Of a stretch of 64,000 nucleotides of DNA, positions 11,435 to 24,288 are shown one piece after another (position 1 is the stretch's first letter; each line of letters starts with the position of its first letter). The DNA comes from Camelus dromedarius (lineage: Eukaryota): assembly GCF_036321535.1 (NCBI RefSeq), contig NC_087437.1, positions 38,318,001-38,382,000 of the forward strand, written 5' to 3'. The notes under the pieces are model-generated. The model was not told where the DNA came from. It ran no database searches and worked only from the letters and a program-made list of their open reading frames with translations. Both the position numbers and the translations under genes were made by a program.

Positions 11435-12050
11435 TGGAGGACAGGAGCTTGGCCTGTTTAATTCAATGCTGTATCCTCATTGTCCACAATGTTTTCTTCT
11501 ATGTAATGAATGCTGAATAAATGCTTGTTTAAGGGATAAATGTGGATAGTCTATACAAAAATGAGTTGTTGCCTTATTGGGCATAAAAGCTTAGTAATAA
11601 TGGGTTCAAGAGGTAGTGGGAGCTGACTGAGGGGAAGGTCTGTGTGTGGAAAAGCTCTATGTAGATATTTAGGAGAAATATGTGGAGGGAAATTAGGATT
11701 AACAGAGTGTTTTGAAGGTGAGAAGTTACAGCATGTCTGTGCTCTGATGGGAATGATCCTGTACAGAAGAAAACTGATGTTACAGAAGTAAAAGAGAAAC
11801 TTGCTACAATATGTCAGTGCCATGTTGAAGAGACTAGACAGGTTGCAGCAGACAGAAAAGTTTTCTTAGAAGCAGACATAGTTCATTCATAGAAACTGAA
11901 GTGGAAAAGAAACATGTGCATACAGAAGCAAATACTTTGTAGTCACTGGACAATGTTTAAATTCTCTCTTACTTTCTTCAGTTTTGTCTGTGAATTGATA
12001 TATGGCCAGCTGTTTAGAGGAAAGAGAGGGACAGAAGAGATTTTTAATAA
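11435..12050. mobile_element. L2 fragments (sense 3' end 11435-11530, then antisense body)
   Basis: CTTGGCCTGTTTAATTCAATGCTGTATCC...GAATAAATGCTTGTT; then GGGTTCAAGAG...GGAGAAGTTACAGCATGTCTGTGCTCTGATGGGAATGATCC. Confidence 0.6.
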
Positions 12051-12514
12051 GGAGATAATATAAGAGTTAAAATTAAGACTAAATAGGCAGAAAAGGATCT
12101 ACAGGAAAATGCAATATGTATTTTTTCCCACTATATTATCATCATTTATTATTGCTTAGTTTTCATGTATGTTTCATCTTGTATGAATGAGTATCAAATT
12201 CAGACAGGTCATAATTTGAATGGCCAATATCTGACTTTGCATTATTTATGAACAAATCAATTGTAGTATGGCATATTGTTCATTATTGTATTTAAATTTT
12301 TCTTTTGCAAAATTTTGTCACATTCTAACAAGTTTTGTGTATGTTAATTATAGTACTTAACAGAGTGATTTGAGTATCATAGGATAAAGATATATTATAT
12401 ATTAAAAGTGCATTCAGTATAAAATTACTCCTTCCCTATACCATTCAGTTCATATTCTTTCCCTATACCATACCGTTGGTCATAAGCTTTATGTCACAGT
12501 TTTCAGTTATATAC

Positions 12515-12893
12515 TGTATTAGCTTGCTTGGGCTGCCATGACAAATACCACAGACTAGGTGGCTTAAACAACTGAAATTTATTTTCTTACAATTTTGGAG
12601 GCTGGAGTCTGACCTAAAGGTTTGATTTCTTCTGAGGCCCCTCTCTTTGACTTGTAGATGGCTGTCTTCTCGCTTGGTCTTTACATGGTCTTTCCTGTGT
12701 GTGTGTCTCTGTCCTAATCTCCCTTTCTTATAAGGGCACCAGGCATATTGGATTAGGGCCCGCTTTAATAACCTCATTTTAACTTACTCTTAAAAAAAAA
12801 AATCCTATCTCCAAATACAGTCACATTCTGAGGTGTTGGGGATTCCATATTAAATATATGAGTTTGAGGGGGGACTCAATTCAGCTTATAACA
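12515..12893 (-). mobile_element. MaLR solo LTR, MLT1B-like, near full length
   Basis: TGTATTAG...GGGCTGCCATGACAAATACCACAGACTAGGTGGCTTAAACAAC...CATATTGGATTAGGGCCC...CAATTCAGCTTATAACA with TG...CA ends. Confidence 0.9.
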
Positions 12894-14209
12894 CATATCT
12901 AAGGATTATAAGGCACTGTTTGGTATTGCATAAACCACATAGCTACAAAGATACTAAAGACTCAGTGCATGAATAAGAGAGTCTTTTTCCAAAACAGGAT
13001 AAATAGACCATTTAAAATGCAAGTATAACATGGTTCTCCTTCAATAAACATATAATCTGTTCTTCAGGTGTTGTAAGAGAGCACAAATGACTGTTGCCAT
13101 TGTTAATGAATAAATAAATGTCTGTGCCCCCTAAATAAATGGTCAAACAAACACAAAGTAAGTATTTTATTAATGTGTTTTTTCATTTACAATAACTTTA
13201 AACCCAACAGTGGTCACTATACCCAAATTCAAAGCAAACTTAATAGCTGAATTTGAGCATAGCAGTATGTAACTCACAAAGGCTAACTTTGTTTTAAAGG
13301 AACTGAATGGAGAACCACAGTGGTGGGGGTACTTGGTGTTTCTCCAATATGGCACAAGTCTTTCCCAAGAAAGACTTTATGGCACAATATGGCTTTCCCA
13401 AGTCTTCACTGGCGTTCAGACAGGAAGTAGTGGATTTCAATTATAAAAAGAAAAGTTGGTCATTAAAAATACCTATTGACTGTCATAGTTTTGAAATTGA
13501 ATAATACCTTTTTCTACAAATTATTTATAAAAATAATTAATTTCAGTATTCTCAAGTGTTTTCAACATAGCCAAGATGCCAAATGACCTTGGTCTTTTAT
13601 CTCTAAATACCTCCAGATTCATTAATCAGAAAAATTAATGAAAACTAATCCAGCTAAATACTCTCAGTTTTAAAGATACCTTTGGCTTAATACATATTTA
13701 TTAAACTACAATTCATCAAAATATATCAATCATATACAAAGCAATATGCTGACATTTAGGAAGTCAAGATTTGCATACTTGGAAGACAGAAATCTGCGGA
13801 CAGAAGGTGGGACTGAGACACCTTCAGATAAGCTAGAAACCTCAAAATGAAGCTAGACAAAATATATGATGCATGTGTGTAGAGAGAGGAAAAGTTACAG
13901 ATGTTCAAGGTGTAATTAGTATATTCTTCTTCCTGAGCTACAGAATGTATGTAGGAGGAAATATGAGACAAAGAAGGGTTGGGAATGAACAGCCTTTACT
14001 GATTTTCTAACGTCTTATCTAAAAAAAAAAAAATCCATTTTAAAAAAATAGATATAGGATTTTAGGAGAGCAGGTAAGTGTCCATGTTAGTAACAGTAAT
14101 AATAATAAAAAAGAAATACATTGCAAAATGTATACAAGATGAGGTAAATTTGAATTAAAATTTAAAATGTGTATTTCTAGTAGCTCAGTATTTCTACTTG
14201 TCAGCATTT

Positions 14210-14440
14210 ACATTAAGGGAAATACTCAACAAGTTCAAGGAAACATAATATAAAAATGTCCAGGGCAGTAGCATTTGCAACACCAAAAACAACATATAAA
14301 TACTTAATGCCCACCAGTAGGAATAGATAAATAAATAAGCTTTGATTAATCCATACAATGGAATACTATGCAAATTTGTGTAGCTCTATGAGTATAACGA
14401 AAACATTACTAAGATGCACTGTTAAATTAAAAAAAAATCA
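14210..14440 (+). mobile_element. Old L1ME fragment
   Basis: AATGCCCACCAGTAGGAATAGATAAATAAA...ATCCATACAATGGAATACTATGC. Confidence 0.6.
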
Positions 14441-15570
14441 TTAATAAAAAGACAAGCCATTACCCAATTAGTTACTAAGCATTTATTATATATTATTCAC
14501 TATTTGGTTTATGTTTTTACTATTGGAGAATTTTAAGAATTTTTAAACCAGAAAGAATTTATCATACTAATATTTGGGCTTAAAACTATACAGAAAATTT
14601 TGCCCAGCTTAGGTTTTATTCCTAAGGTTTTATTCTTATTTATTTTTTATATTTCTTTACTTTCTGACTTTTCATTATACCCTTTATGTAGTAGATGATG
14701 AAAATTCTTGGGAGTCCTTTTCTCCATCTGAAGTACCTTTCATGCCCTATTCAGTAGAAATGATCAGCCAAAAACATAGATAAAGAGATACATCTTTAAT
14801 CTTACAAGCTGTCTCCTTGCACAGGATCGGGAAAATGATTTTTCTTTTAACAGTTGTCAGCATGCTTGACATCTGTCACAAAGGCTTAGGCTCTATTTTT
14901 ATTTTTCCTATTGAAATCATGCTCCAACACCTGCCCCTTTGATACTTTTAGACTGATGCTGTGAAGAACTGAGATCTTTTCAGTCAAAGAACTCACCATA
15001 TTCCCTTTCTTGTTGGTTCAAAAATAAGATTAAAAATAAAGCTTATTTTCAATAAGATAGATGTGCAGAAATATTTGAATTAAATAAAAATACTTTATTA
15101 TGCAATGAACAACATTTCCTTAAAAAAGATATAGCTGATCTTAACATACGCAGTCTTCTCAAAAGTTTTAAATAACATATTCAAAATTATCTTCTATATT
15201 TATCGGAACACCATTGGTAGTACTTTGCATAAAAATAGGTATGTATTTGTCGATTGTTTCTGAGTAAAACCTAATGACAAATGTTACAACAACCATATAC
15301 ACAAATGTATTGAAAGTTTACAATAAGTATGTGAATTATAAAGTGGTATTTTGTACTATCTGAAAAAAAGTTATTGTTTTATATGACATGGCAGGAAGTG
15401 TAAGGAATTTGAGTGTCAGCATGACAAAAAGGATGACAGTATTAAAGGTCAAATATATTAGCTTCCACTTCTTGCCACAAAATTGCCAAAATAATATCCC
15501 CTAGTAAAGGAATCATTACACATGACACTGCTATTCTGCCCTGAAAAATAACAGAATAAATGCTGCATAG

Positions 15571-18500
15571 TGACATCAGAAAAATGATAACGTAAGCAGC
15601 TCCAAACTCTCATTTTTCCACAGAAATACTTTTTTAAAAGGCAGAATCTGTCAGAACCAACCTTATTAGGACTCTGGAAATCAGTCAGAGATTTATAGCA
15701 ACCCAGAAAACACTGAATCAAAAAAAAAGCAACTTGAAGAGAGCAGGGAAGTTGTGGATATTTTCACTTCCACTTGCTCCCTCCAATTCCCAGTGTGGTA
15801 GCAAGTCTTGAAATGGCTACAGAGTGTGTTCCCAGTAGGGGGCCCTGATCTCTGGTTTTGAAGGGAGCATAACAAATCTTATAAATTACTGTAAATGTCT
15901 GTACTAACCTGTCTGAAAGCTACCTGAAGGACTAATGCAAGGTGCTCAACTTTGTTTTGTTCAATTTAGAATTCAGGCCAGCAGTGGCAGGCATTGCTTA
16001 GTAAAGGCTGGCAGGGAAACTTACAACCCACAGATTTTTAGGATTAAGATAAAAACTAGACAAACTAAGGCCTGAGAGAAAAAGCTGCTAGGACACCAAT
16101 AAGCAGACCAACATAAAAATTATGGAGGCCCCAGAAGAAAAACAGAGAAAAAGACACAAAAATATTTGAAGAAATATCTACCAAACATGTCCCACATTTG
16201 ATGAAATACGTAAATGTACAAATATAAGATTATCAATGAACTCCAAGTAGGATAAAGTCAGAGATCCATACCGAGAGAAATTAAAATCAAATCGTTAAAA
16301 GCCATAACAAAGTGAGAATCTTGAAAGAATGTATAAAAAATTAAGAGCCAATTTCTCATCAGAAATCATGGAGGCCAGAATGCTATAGGATGACATATTT
16401 AAGGTACTTACAGAAAAAAAATTCACCCAATAATTCTATATCTGGCAAAATGCCCTTCATAAATTAAGGATAAACTAACATTTCCAGATAAACAAAAGCT
16501 GAGGCAGTTCATTTCCACCTGATAAGAACCTTGAACGAAATCCTTCTAGTTGAAATAAAATGACACTGGACAGTCACTTAAAGCTATATAAAGAAATAAA
16601 GATCTCTGGTAAAGGTAAATGCATGATCAAATATAAAAGCCATTATTATTATTATTTTGGTTTTTAATTTCATTTTATTTCCAACATGATTTAAAAAAGC
16701 AAATACATAAAATATAATTAAAAGTCAATGTTATTTGGGCATGAAATCTATAAAATTTAATTAGTGACAACAATAAGATGAGGATGATGAGGCTGCAGAG
16801 GAGCAGAGTGTTACATGTGATTGTAATTAAGTTTGTATACACCAAATTAGACTGTTATAAATTTAGTATGTTAAATATAACCTCCATGATAATAATCAAG
16901 AAAACACCTAAAGAATATACATGAAAGGAAATGAGATGGGAATTAAAATGATTCACAATATAAGTTAACTAAACACAGAAGCAAGTAGTAATACAGGGAA
17001 TGAAGGATAAAAATGTATAAAGCATACAGAAACAAATAGTAAAGTGGCAGACAAATCCCTCCTCATCAGTAATTACTTTAAGTGTAAATTATTTAAATTG
17101 TCCAGTCAAAAGTCAAAGATTGGCAGAATGGATTAGAAAAATAAGAGATAACTATATGTTTTCTACAAGAGACTCAGTTTAGATCAAAGATATAAACAGC
17201 TTGAAAGTGAAAAAAATGAGAAAAGATATTCCATGCAAATAGTTACCAAAAGATAGCTGAGTGTGTTAATATTAGAATTTAAGACAAAAATTGTTTCAAG
17301 AGAAAGACATTATATAGTAATAAAAAGTTTAATTCATTAAGAAGATATAATTATATGCAACCAATCTACAGAGTCCCAAGTATATGAAACAAACATTTAC
17401 AGAATTGAAGAATGAAACAGACAGTTTTACAATAATAGTTGTAGACTTTGATAACTCACTTTCACATGTTATGGTCCCATATGTAGAAAATCTTAAAGAA
17501 CGCACAAGAACTACCAGAATTATTAAATGAATTCAGCAATTTTCAGGATACATGATCAACACAGACATGTTAGATGTGTTTCTATTCACCAGCACTGAAT
17601 AATCCATAAAGTACATTAAGAAAGCAATTTCACTTACAATGGCATCTAAGAGAATAAAGAACCTAGGAACAAACTTAACCGAAGAGGTAAAGACCTGTAC
17701 ACTGAAACACTGCAGACAACAAAACTTAAAAATACGCTGAAGATCTAAATAAATGGAAAGATATTCCATGTTCATGGACTGGATGACTGAATATTGTTAA
17801 GACGTCAGTACTATCCAAAGTGACTTACAGATTTGACCCATCCCTTTCAAAATTCAAACATTATCTTTCGTAGAAATGTATCCTCAAATTTATATGGAAT
17901 TTCAAGGGACCCCAAATAACTGAAATGACCCTGAAAAGAGGAAATTTTTGGTGATTCACACTCCCTGAATTCAAAACTTAATACAAAACTACAGTAATTG
18001 AAACAATGTGATATTGACTTAGGAGAGACATATAGATTGACTGAAATGTATTGAGAGTTCAGAAGTAAACCCATATCTCTATGGCTAATTGATTTTTGAC
18101 ATGGGTGCCTAATCCATTCAATAGGGAAATAATAGTCTCTTCAACAGATGGTGCTGGAACAACACTTGGATAGTCTCATACAAAAGAATGAAGTTGGACC
18201 TGACACTATTTACAAAGATTAACTCAAAATGGATCGATGACGTAAAATTAAGAGCTAAAACCATTACACTTTTAGAGAAAAACAAAGGGGTTAATCTTCA
18301 TGACCTTGGATTTGCAATGGATTTTTAAATGCTACCCCAGAAGAATGAGAAACACAAGAAAAAACATAGATTTCAAATAAAATGTGAGCAACACGCTTAA
18401 ATAGACGTTTCTCCAAAGATGACCTACAAATAGCCAATCAGCACATGAACAGATGGTCAACATCATTAGCCGTTAGAGAAATGCAAATCAAAACCACAGT

Positions 18501-19268
18501 GAGACACCATTTCACATTCATTGGGATAGCTATACATTTTAAAATGTAAATAACATGTGTTGGCAAAAATGTGAGGAAACTGGAACCCTTGTGCATTGCT
18601 AGTGGAAATGAAAAGTATTGTAGCCACTTGGAAAACAGTTTGGCAGTTCTTCAAAAAGCTCTCCACAGAATTACCATTTGCCCCAGCAATTACAATTCTC
18701 TCTATGTAACTGAAATAATTCCAGCAGGACTCAAACAGACACTTTGTAATTCAATGTTCATGCAGCATTATTCAAAATAATCAAAAGATGAAAGTAACCC
18801 AAATGTCCATTAACAAGTGAGTTGTTAAACAAAATGTGGTATATACATACAATGTAGTATTATTTAGCCATAAAAAAGAATGAAACTCCAATATAGGCAC
18901 AACATGGATGTTGTGCCTTAAAAATCTAATGCTAAGTGAAATAAGTCAAGCGCGAAGGACAAATATTGTGATCCCACTTACACAAAATACCTGGAATACA
19001 TAAATTAATAGAAACAGAAAGTAGATTAGCAGTTGCCAGGAGATGGGAAGAGGGAGAGAAAAGGAATTATTACTTACTCATTACAGAGATTCTGTGTGGG
19101 GCAATGAAAAACTTGTGGAAATAGATTGTAGGATTATTGTGCAATATTGTGAATGTAATTATGCCATTGAATTATATATATATATATAAACATATAATTA
19201 TATATATACATATATAAAATGGTTAAATGACAAATTTTATGTTATATATATGTTAGCATAATAAAAAT
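15571..19268 (+). mobile_element. L1MB-type LINE with 5' UTR, ORF1 and ORF2 remnants and 3' UTR; multiple internal deletions; non-coding
   Basis: 5' GTGACATCAGAAAAATG; ORF1 end (GCCAATTTCTCATCAGAAATCATGGAGGCCAGAA); endonuclease start (AAAGATTGGCAGAATGGATT, CTACAAGAGACTCA); late ORF2 (ATATTCCATGTTCATGGACTGG, GAAATGCAAATCAAAACCACAGTGAGA); 3' UTR ending AAATGGTTAAATGACAAATTTTATGTTATATAT. Confidence 0.9.
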
Positions 19269-19299
19269 GTACTGAAATACCTACTTAAAATTATGTCAC

Positions 19300-20400
19300 G
19301 CCTTATATTTTAGGTTTTACTTTTTTAAGGTATCACATAATAGAACTGAGTTTTTCTTTTGGTGAACAGTTCTCTGTAATTTTCTATTACTGTGTAACAA
19401 ATTACCACACACTTTGTGGCTTAAAAATTACACACATTTATCATTTGACAGTTTCTGAGGGTTAAGAATCTAATTTAGTTGTATCCCTTTTCAAGGTCTC
19501 ACAAGGCTGCAATCAAGGTGTTGGCCAGAGCTAGGGACTTATCTGAAGACCTAACTGGGGGAAGATCTACTTTTAAGCTTATGTGGTTGCTGGCAGAATT
19601 TCTGTTCCTGAAGGAACAGAGGACTGTTAGTTCCTGCACTGAGGACCTTAGTTCCTAGCTGGCTATTTCCTGAAGACTAACTTCATTTTATTGCTGGATG
19701 GACTTCACCAACATGTCAGCTTGCTTCAAAAGTCAGCAAGGGAAAGAGCATGCTATCAAGACAGAGTCTCAATCTTATAAAACCTAGTCATGCAAGCAAC
19801 ATCCCACACATTTGCTGTATTCTACTGGTTAGAAGTAACTTATTAGACCATTTCCCATTCAAGGAAAGAGGACTGATTACACAAGGGTGTGATTCCTGGG
19901 AGCTGAGATCATTGGCAACCATTTTCATGACTGTTTGCCACCAGTTCTATGAAGTTTAACAAATATAGATTTGTTTAACCACCACAACAAATGATACAAA
20001 AAGTTCCATTGTCTCCCCTAAATTCCTGCAAATTCTGTTAAGAGTTGCAGCCATCACCATACTCAATCCCTGGTAACTACTGATCTGTTTTCTATTACTG
20101 GAGTTTTGTCTTTTAAAAATGTCAAAATATATATGGAATCATAGAATACAGAACTTCTTGAGACAGGCTTCTATAATTCACATAATGCCTTTGATATTTA
20201 CCCAAAGAATTTAATATATAAATAGTTTGTCCCTTTTATTTGCTGAGTATTATTCCAGTGCATGGATATGACACTATTTGTTATTCCATTTACCTGCTGA
20301 AAGGCATATGGGTAGTTTCCAGCTTTTGACTATCATATATAAATGTGATGTAAACATTTTTGAGATGGGTTTGTGTGATATAAATGCGCATTTTTCCCAC
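19300..20400 (-). mobile_element. L1MC/MD-type 3' UTR (antisense), split by an MLT1 LTR
   Basis: GGTGAACAGTTCT | ATGAAGTTTAACAAAT...CCCTGGTAACTACTGATCTG...TTGCTGAGTATTATTCCAGTGCATGGATATG. Confidence 0.75.
19375..19943 (-). mobile_element. MaLR LTR (MLT1E/F-like) nested in L1
   Basis: CTATTACTGTGTAACAAATTACCACACACTTTGTGGCTTAAAA...CACAAGGCTGCAATCAAGGTGTTGGCCAG; the host sequence GTTCT is duplicated on both sides. Confidence 0.8.
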
Positions 20401-20409
20401 TTTTTGATT

Positions 20410-20760
20410 TTTGGTTTGGCCATAAAAATTGCTTTGGACAACTGATGTAAGCAGATGCCATATGAACACAAACTTGATTTGTGTGCATTCATTTGGGCTA
20501 TATATTCTATGTCCCTGCATTTAGACAAAAAGAAGAACATGTCTCAGGTTGTTTCTGGTCAAAGGAGGATGGGAGACTGTTGTAGAAGACCTGAACTCAA
20601 CTTTTTTGACTGTAGACAAATCTACCCTAAGTCATTCAAAACCCTGACTATCCAATCAGTCAATAGGAAAGCAAGAAATTAGTGAAGATAATTGTATACT
20701 ACTCAGTTTGTGGGCTGATTTCTAATGCAGCATTATTGGAGCAATAACTGACTAATCCTA
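20410..20760 (+). mobile_element. Old MaLR LTR remnant
   Basis: GAAGAACATGTCTCAGG and 3' end GCAGCATTATTGGAGCAATAACTGACTAAT. Confidence 0.55.
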
Positions 20761-21277
20761 TGAATAAATTGAAATTTTATTAATAAATATAAATGCCTAA
20801 AAGAAAGCTCCTTTATAATAAAATATCTATTTCAGTACATAAATACGCAGGCATGAGTGTACAATACGAACAGATGTAGATGGATACAGATACGTTGTGC
20901 TGGCAACTCCAGTGGAAAAATCTTGGTAAAATTTCAAAATAACCACGATAAACAATGTCATATAATTTTCCCTCAATACTTATATCCTGAAAAGAAGATT
21001 AGTGTATTTGAAGTTATCTACAGATATTTTTCATTCATATATGAAAGAGTTAAGTCTTGGGTTCAGATAAGTTATAGACAGGTTTATCACCCACACGTCT
21101 TGTAGGCGACTTGAAAGTCCTGTGACATGGTGCTTACCTATGTAAGATAGCTTTAATGCATACTAAGACATTTAGCATCCTTGTTCCCTGGTTACTGAAT
21201 ATAAGAAGAACTCACAACTATTCTGAGAAATAAAAACATTTCCACAAATTTTGAAAATGTCTTTCTAGTGGACAGTC

Positions 21278-21280
<3 letters not shown>

Positions 21281-21337
<57 letters not shown>
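21281..21337. repeat. (AC)28 microsatellite
   Basis: Uninterrupted AC dinucleotide run. Confidence 0.98.
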
Positions 21338-21340
<3 letters not shown>

Positions 21341-22932
21341 CACTGATTTAAATGTATAGCAAACAGAACAACTCAGCCACTCGAAAAGAATCTGGAAATA
21401 TTTACAACTGTATAGAAAGGCGTATTTCTATGATGAGGGGAAAACTCAGATTTTCAAATATTTGCAAAATGGAGTCCCTAAACAAAATAGAATACCCTCA
21501 GAGGATCCTGCATACTCGTGGCTACTGTAAGTATAAAAGAAAAATGAATCAATGAATTCAAATCCAAATACGAGAAAGATAGCAAAGAAAACAGGAATTA
21601 ATTGGAAATGCTGTTAATTATCAGTTCAGCTACACAGAACCACGAAACCCTCCTGTTACTTTTATATATTTATATCTCAAAGAGGAAGCTTCATAAAGAA
21701 GTGATTGTGTTCCCTGACATAATTTCAATACTAGATTCATATTGATAATTATATCATAAATCCAAACAACTATCTTAGCAAATGCTCTGATGTTAATTAA
21801 AATATACTTAATGGCTATATCCCAACCCTCAGCAGTGTTGACAGAGCCACTTTTCCACGCAGTTAGAAGAAATAGGGTAATAGAATTTCACTGTAGTCTG
21901 TGACTGAAGATACATACGAGGTAAGAGAAGTAGGGGATTTCAGAAAATAAATATGGAAGAGGAAGAAAACTGTAAAATACTTCTTAATTCAGGTTAATTG
22001 TTTACACTGCTGAAATACCCCTGGTTGAATAGACACTTACGCATACACAGATCCTTATTCTAAGCGGTGAGAGGTCCCATTTAAATTTAATTTAGTCCAG
22101 GTAAGAGAGCCAGGAATAATGTTATTTTAGATAGAGGGTGACAGGGAATTCTAAGTATATTTATTAATAGTCTTTCCCTCAATTTTGAAGTCTTTTTTCT
22201 ACAAATTAGCAGCTGTAAATTTAGATTGCATCTTACAAACTGTGGTTTCTTATATTAGATAAAATACAGTAGTGTGTCAATCTTTTCTAATTTAAATAGC
22301 CTATTTTAGGTATCTCTTAGGTAAAAATCCATTTTTTCTGAAATAGTTTTTCACTCTCTAAAGGGACATTTGGTTTACTCAGGGTATGCATGAAACTACA
22401 GTGCAAAGAGTAGGGACTACTTGGGACCCACATAAAAAGGATCATTTCCCACTTTGCCCTCTGGTTTTCACATCTGCGCCTTGCTCAGGTTCCCACATTG
22501 CTTGTTGGCATCTCCTACTGAACTCTCAAGTGTGAGACATGCAAAGCTGCCTTTACCTTTCAGCCCTATTCTCCACGGAAGCTGTGGGGCAGCTAGTCCC
22601 CCAGCGAGCCTCTGCAGTCTGGCACCTCACCCTCTGCCACACAGACTCCCTGGCATGGTGCTGGATCTCAGCTCCACTATCATTCATTCCCTGGGGCTTG
22701 GGGAACATATGCAGAACTTCCATGCTACAATGTGAAATAAAAGAGGTCCAGGAGGGCTAATTCACGCCTTTTCACTATTGACTTACTCTGTGACGCCAGC
22801 GTACTTCTCTGTTTAATCTATGCTATATTGATACGAATCTACCCGGTGCAGCCCCGTCCTCCCAGGGTTACAGACTGGCAGCTAGCACAAAACCTTGTCC
22901 CTTCTTTTTTCACTTCTCCCACAAACATTTTT

Positions 22933-23225
22933 TCTGTATGTGTGTGTGTATATATATTTATTTATTTTAATTTAAGTATAGTCAATTTACAATGTGTCAA
23001 TTTCTGCTGTATAGCATAATGCTTCAGTCATACATGAATATACATGTTTTTTTCATATTCTTTTTCACTGTAAGTTACTACAAGATACTAAATATAGTTC
23101 CCTTTGTTATACAGTATGAAGTTGTTCTTTATCTATTTTATATATATTAGTTAGTATCTGCAAAACTTGAACTCCCAATTTATACCCCCCCCCATCCTGG
23201 TAACCATAAGTTTGTTTTCTATGTC
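22933..23225 (-). mobile_element. Camelid-type L1 3' end (antisense) with TSD; tail decayed to TG/TA microsatellite
   Basis: AAGTATAGTCAATTTACAATGTGTCAATTTCTGCTGTATAGCATA...GGTAACCATAAGTTTGTTTTCTATGTC; TSD TCCCACAAAC(A/G)TTTTT. Confidence 0.88.
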
Positions 23226-24242
23226 TTCCCACAAACGTTTTTGATAAAACCACTATGGTGCCAAGAGATGAAGTAGAAAAGTAGCTTTAGTGAAAAAAAT
23301 ATCTTTTATGATCGCGTCTAGGAAAAAGAAATCTACCAGAAAGATTTGAAGATTACTTTTACCTCTATTTTAGAGATGGATACATCCTACTGTCAGAGAT
23401 CAGTGCCCTATAAAATTAAATCAAGTAATTAATTTTTTATTCTAAGGCCTCTCTCGCCAAGGGACTTTATGATAATTTCCTTTTCTGTAAAGTAACCTGC
23501 TCAGAAAACATCCTACTCAAGCACAGTCAAAGAACGAATTTCCTAGGCCCCATATTTATAATTTAGTTAAAAAATATGCAATATATTATACGATCTGTAT
23601 ATTTTCAGTCTTTTGTCAGTTTTGTTAGTATAAATCAGCATTCTCCAAGACTCTCAGAGACTCTAACAAGAAAGAATTTATGAAACTACAAGTCTGGGAT
23701 CAAAAGTGACACTATAATGAATTCATGAAGGCAGTATGACTCTTTGAGGATATATCTGAATAGCTATTCAGATTTCTACAAGTACCATCTCCCTATTTGC
23801 CTACAAAATTTAATTAGTCTTTTGCAACCAAATTCTCACAAATATTTCTTATCTCTACCACAAAGCTTGCCTCAAATTCCCCATCTAAAATAGTCTTAAA
23901 TAGGTTTAAGCAAGTAAGAATTTAGGCTAAGGGTTAAAAGCCTCTTACGATGTTAGACCAATTGTTAAAAAACAAACAAAAAATGACCAAACCATACAGT
24001 TGTCCACAATAAGTAATTCAATTTTCATAACCTAAAAAAGTATTAAGAATTATTTTAAAAAGCAAGTTACTGTTAAGGTAATTTATAAGTTGCTATAACA
24101 TACTTTGTTTATAAAATTCAACCATGACATCAATATAAACTAAATATTATGAGATAAATATTAATTAGCTTGATACTTTGAGACAAATATTAGCTAAATT
24201 TTATTTGTCTTTTATTCAATGACCTGCAGAAATTTCCACGAC

Positions 24243-24288
24243 TTCTGGAATTTTCAAGTCATTCCGTAATTTCTGGACTTTTCAAGAA
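24243..24288. promoter_or_regulatory. Tandem heat-shock-element motifs (candidate)
   Basis: TTCtgGAAttTTC (24243-24255, perfect 3-unit nGAAn array) and TTCtgGACttTTCaaGAA (24271-24288); motif only, function unproven. Confidence 0.3.

Noticed and set aside
12463..12777. 104-aa ORF
   Set aside because: Lies in the MLT1B LTR; typical spurious LTR translation
14692..14783. Strong plus-strand acceptor followed by short frame DDENSWESFSPSEVPFMPYSVEMISQKHR*
   Set aside because: No recognisable protein and no supporting upstream exons
17533..18780. Cluster of ORFs on both strands
   Set aside because: Fragments and antisense frames of a decayed L1 ORF2
23363..23407. 45-nt minus-strand exon-like segment
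   Set aside because: Stops in all frames and mediocre splice sites
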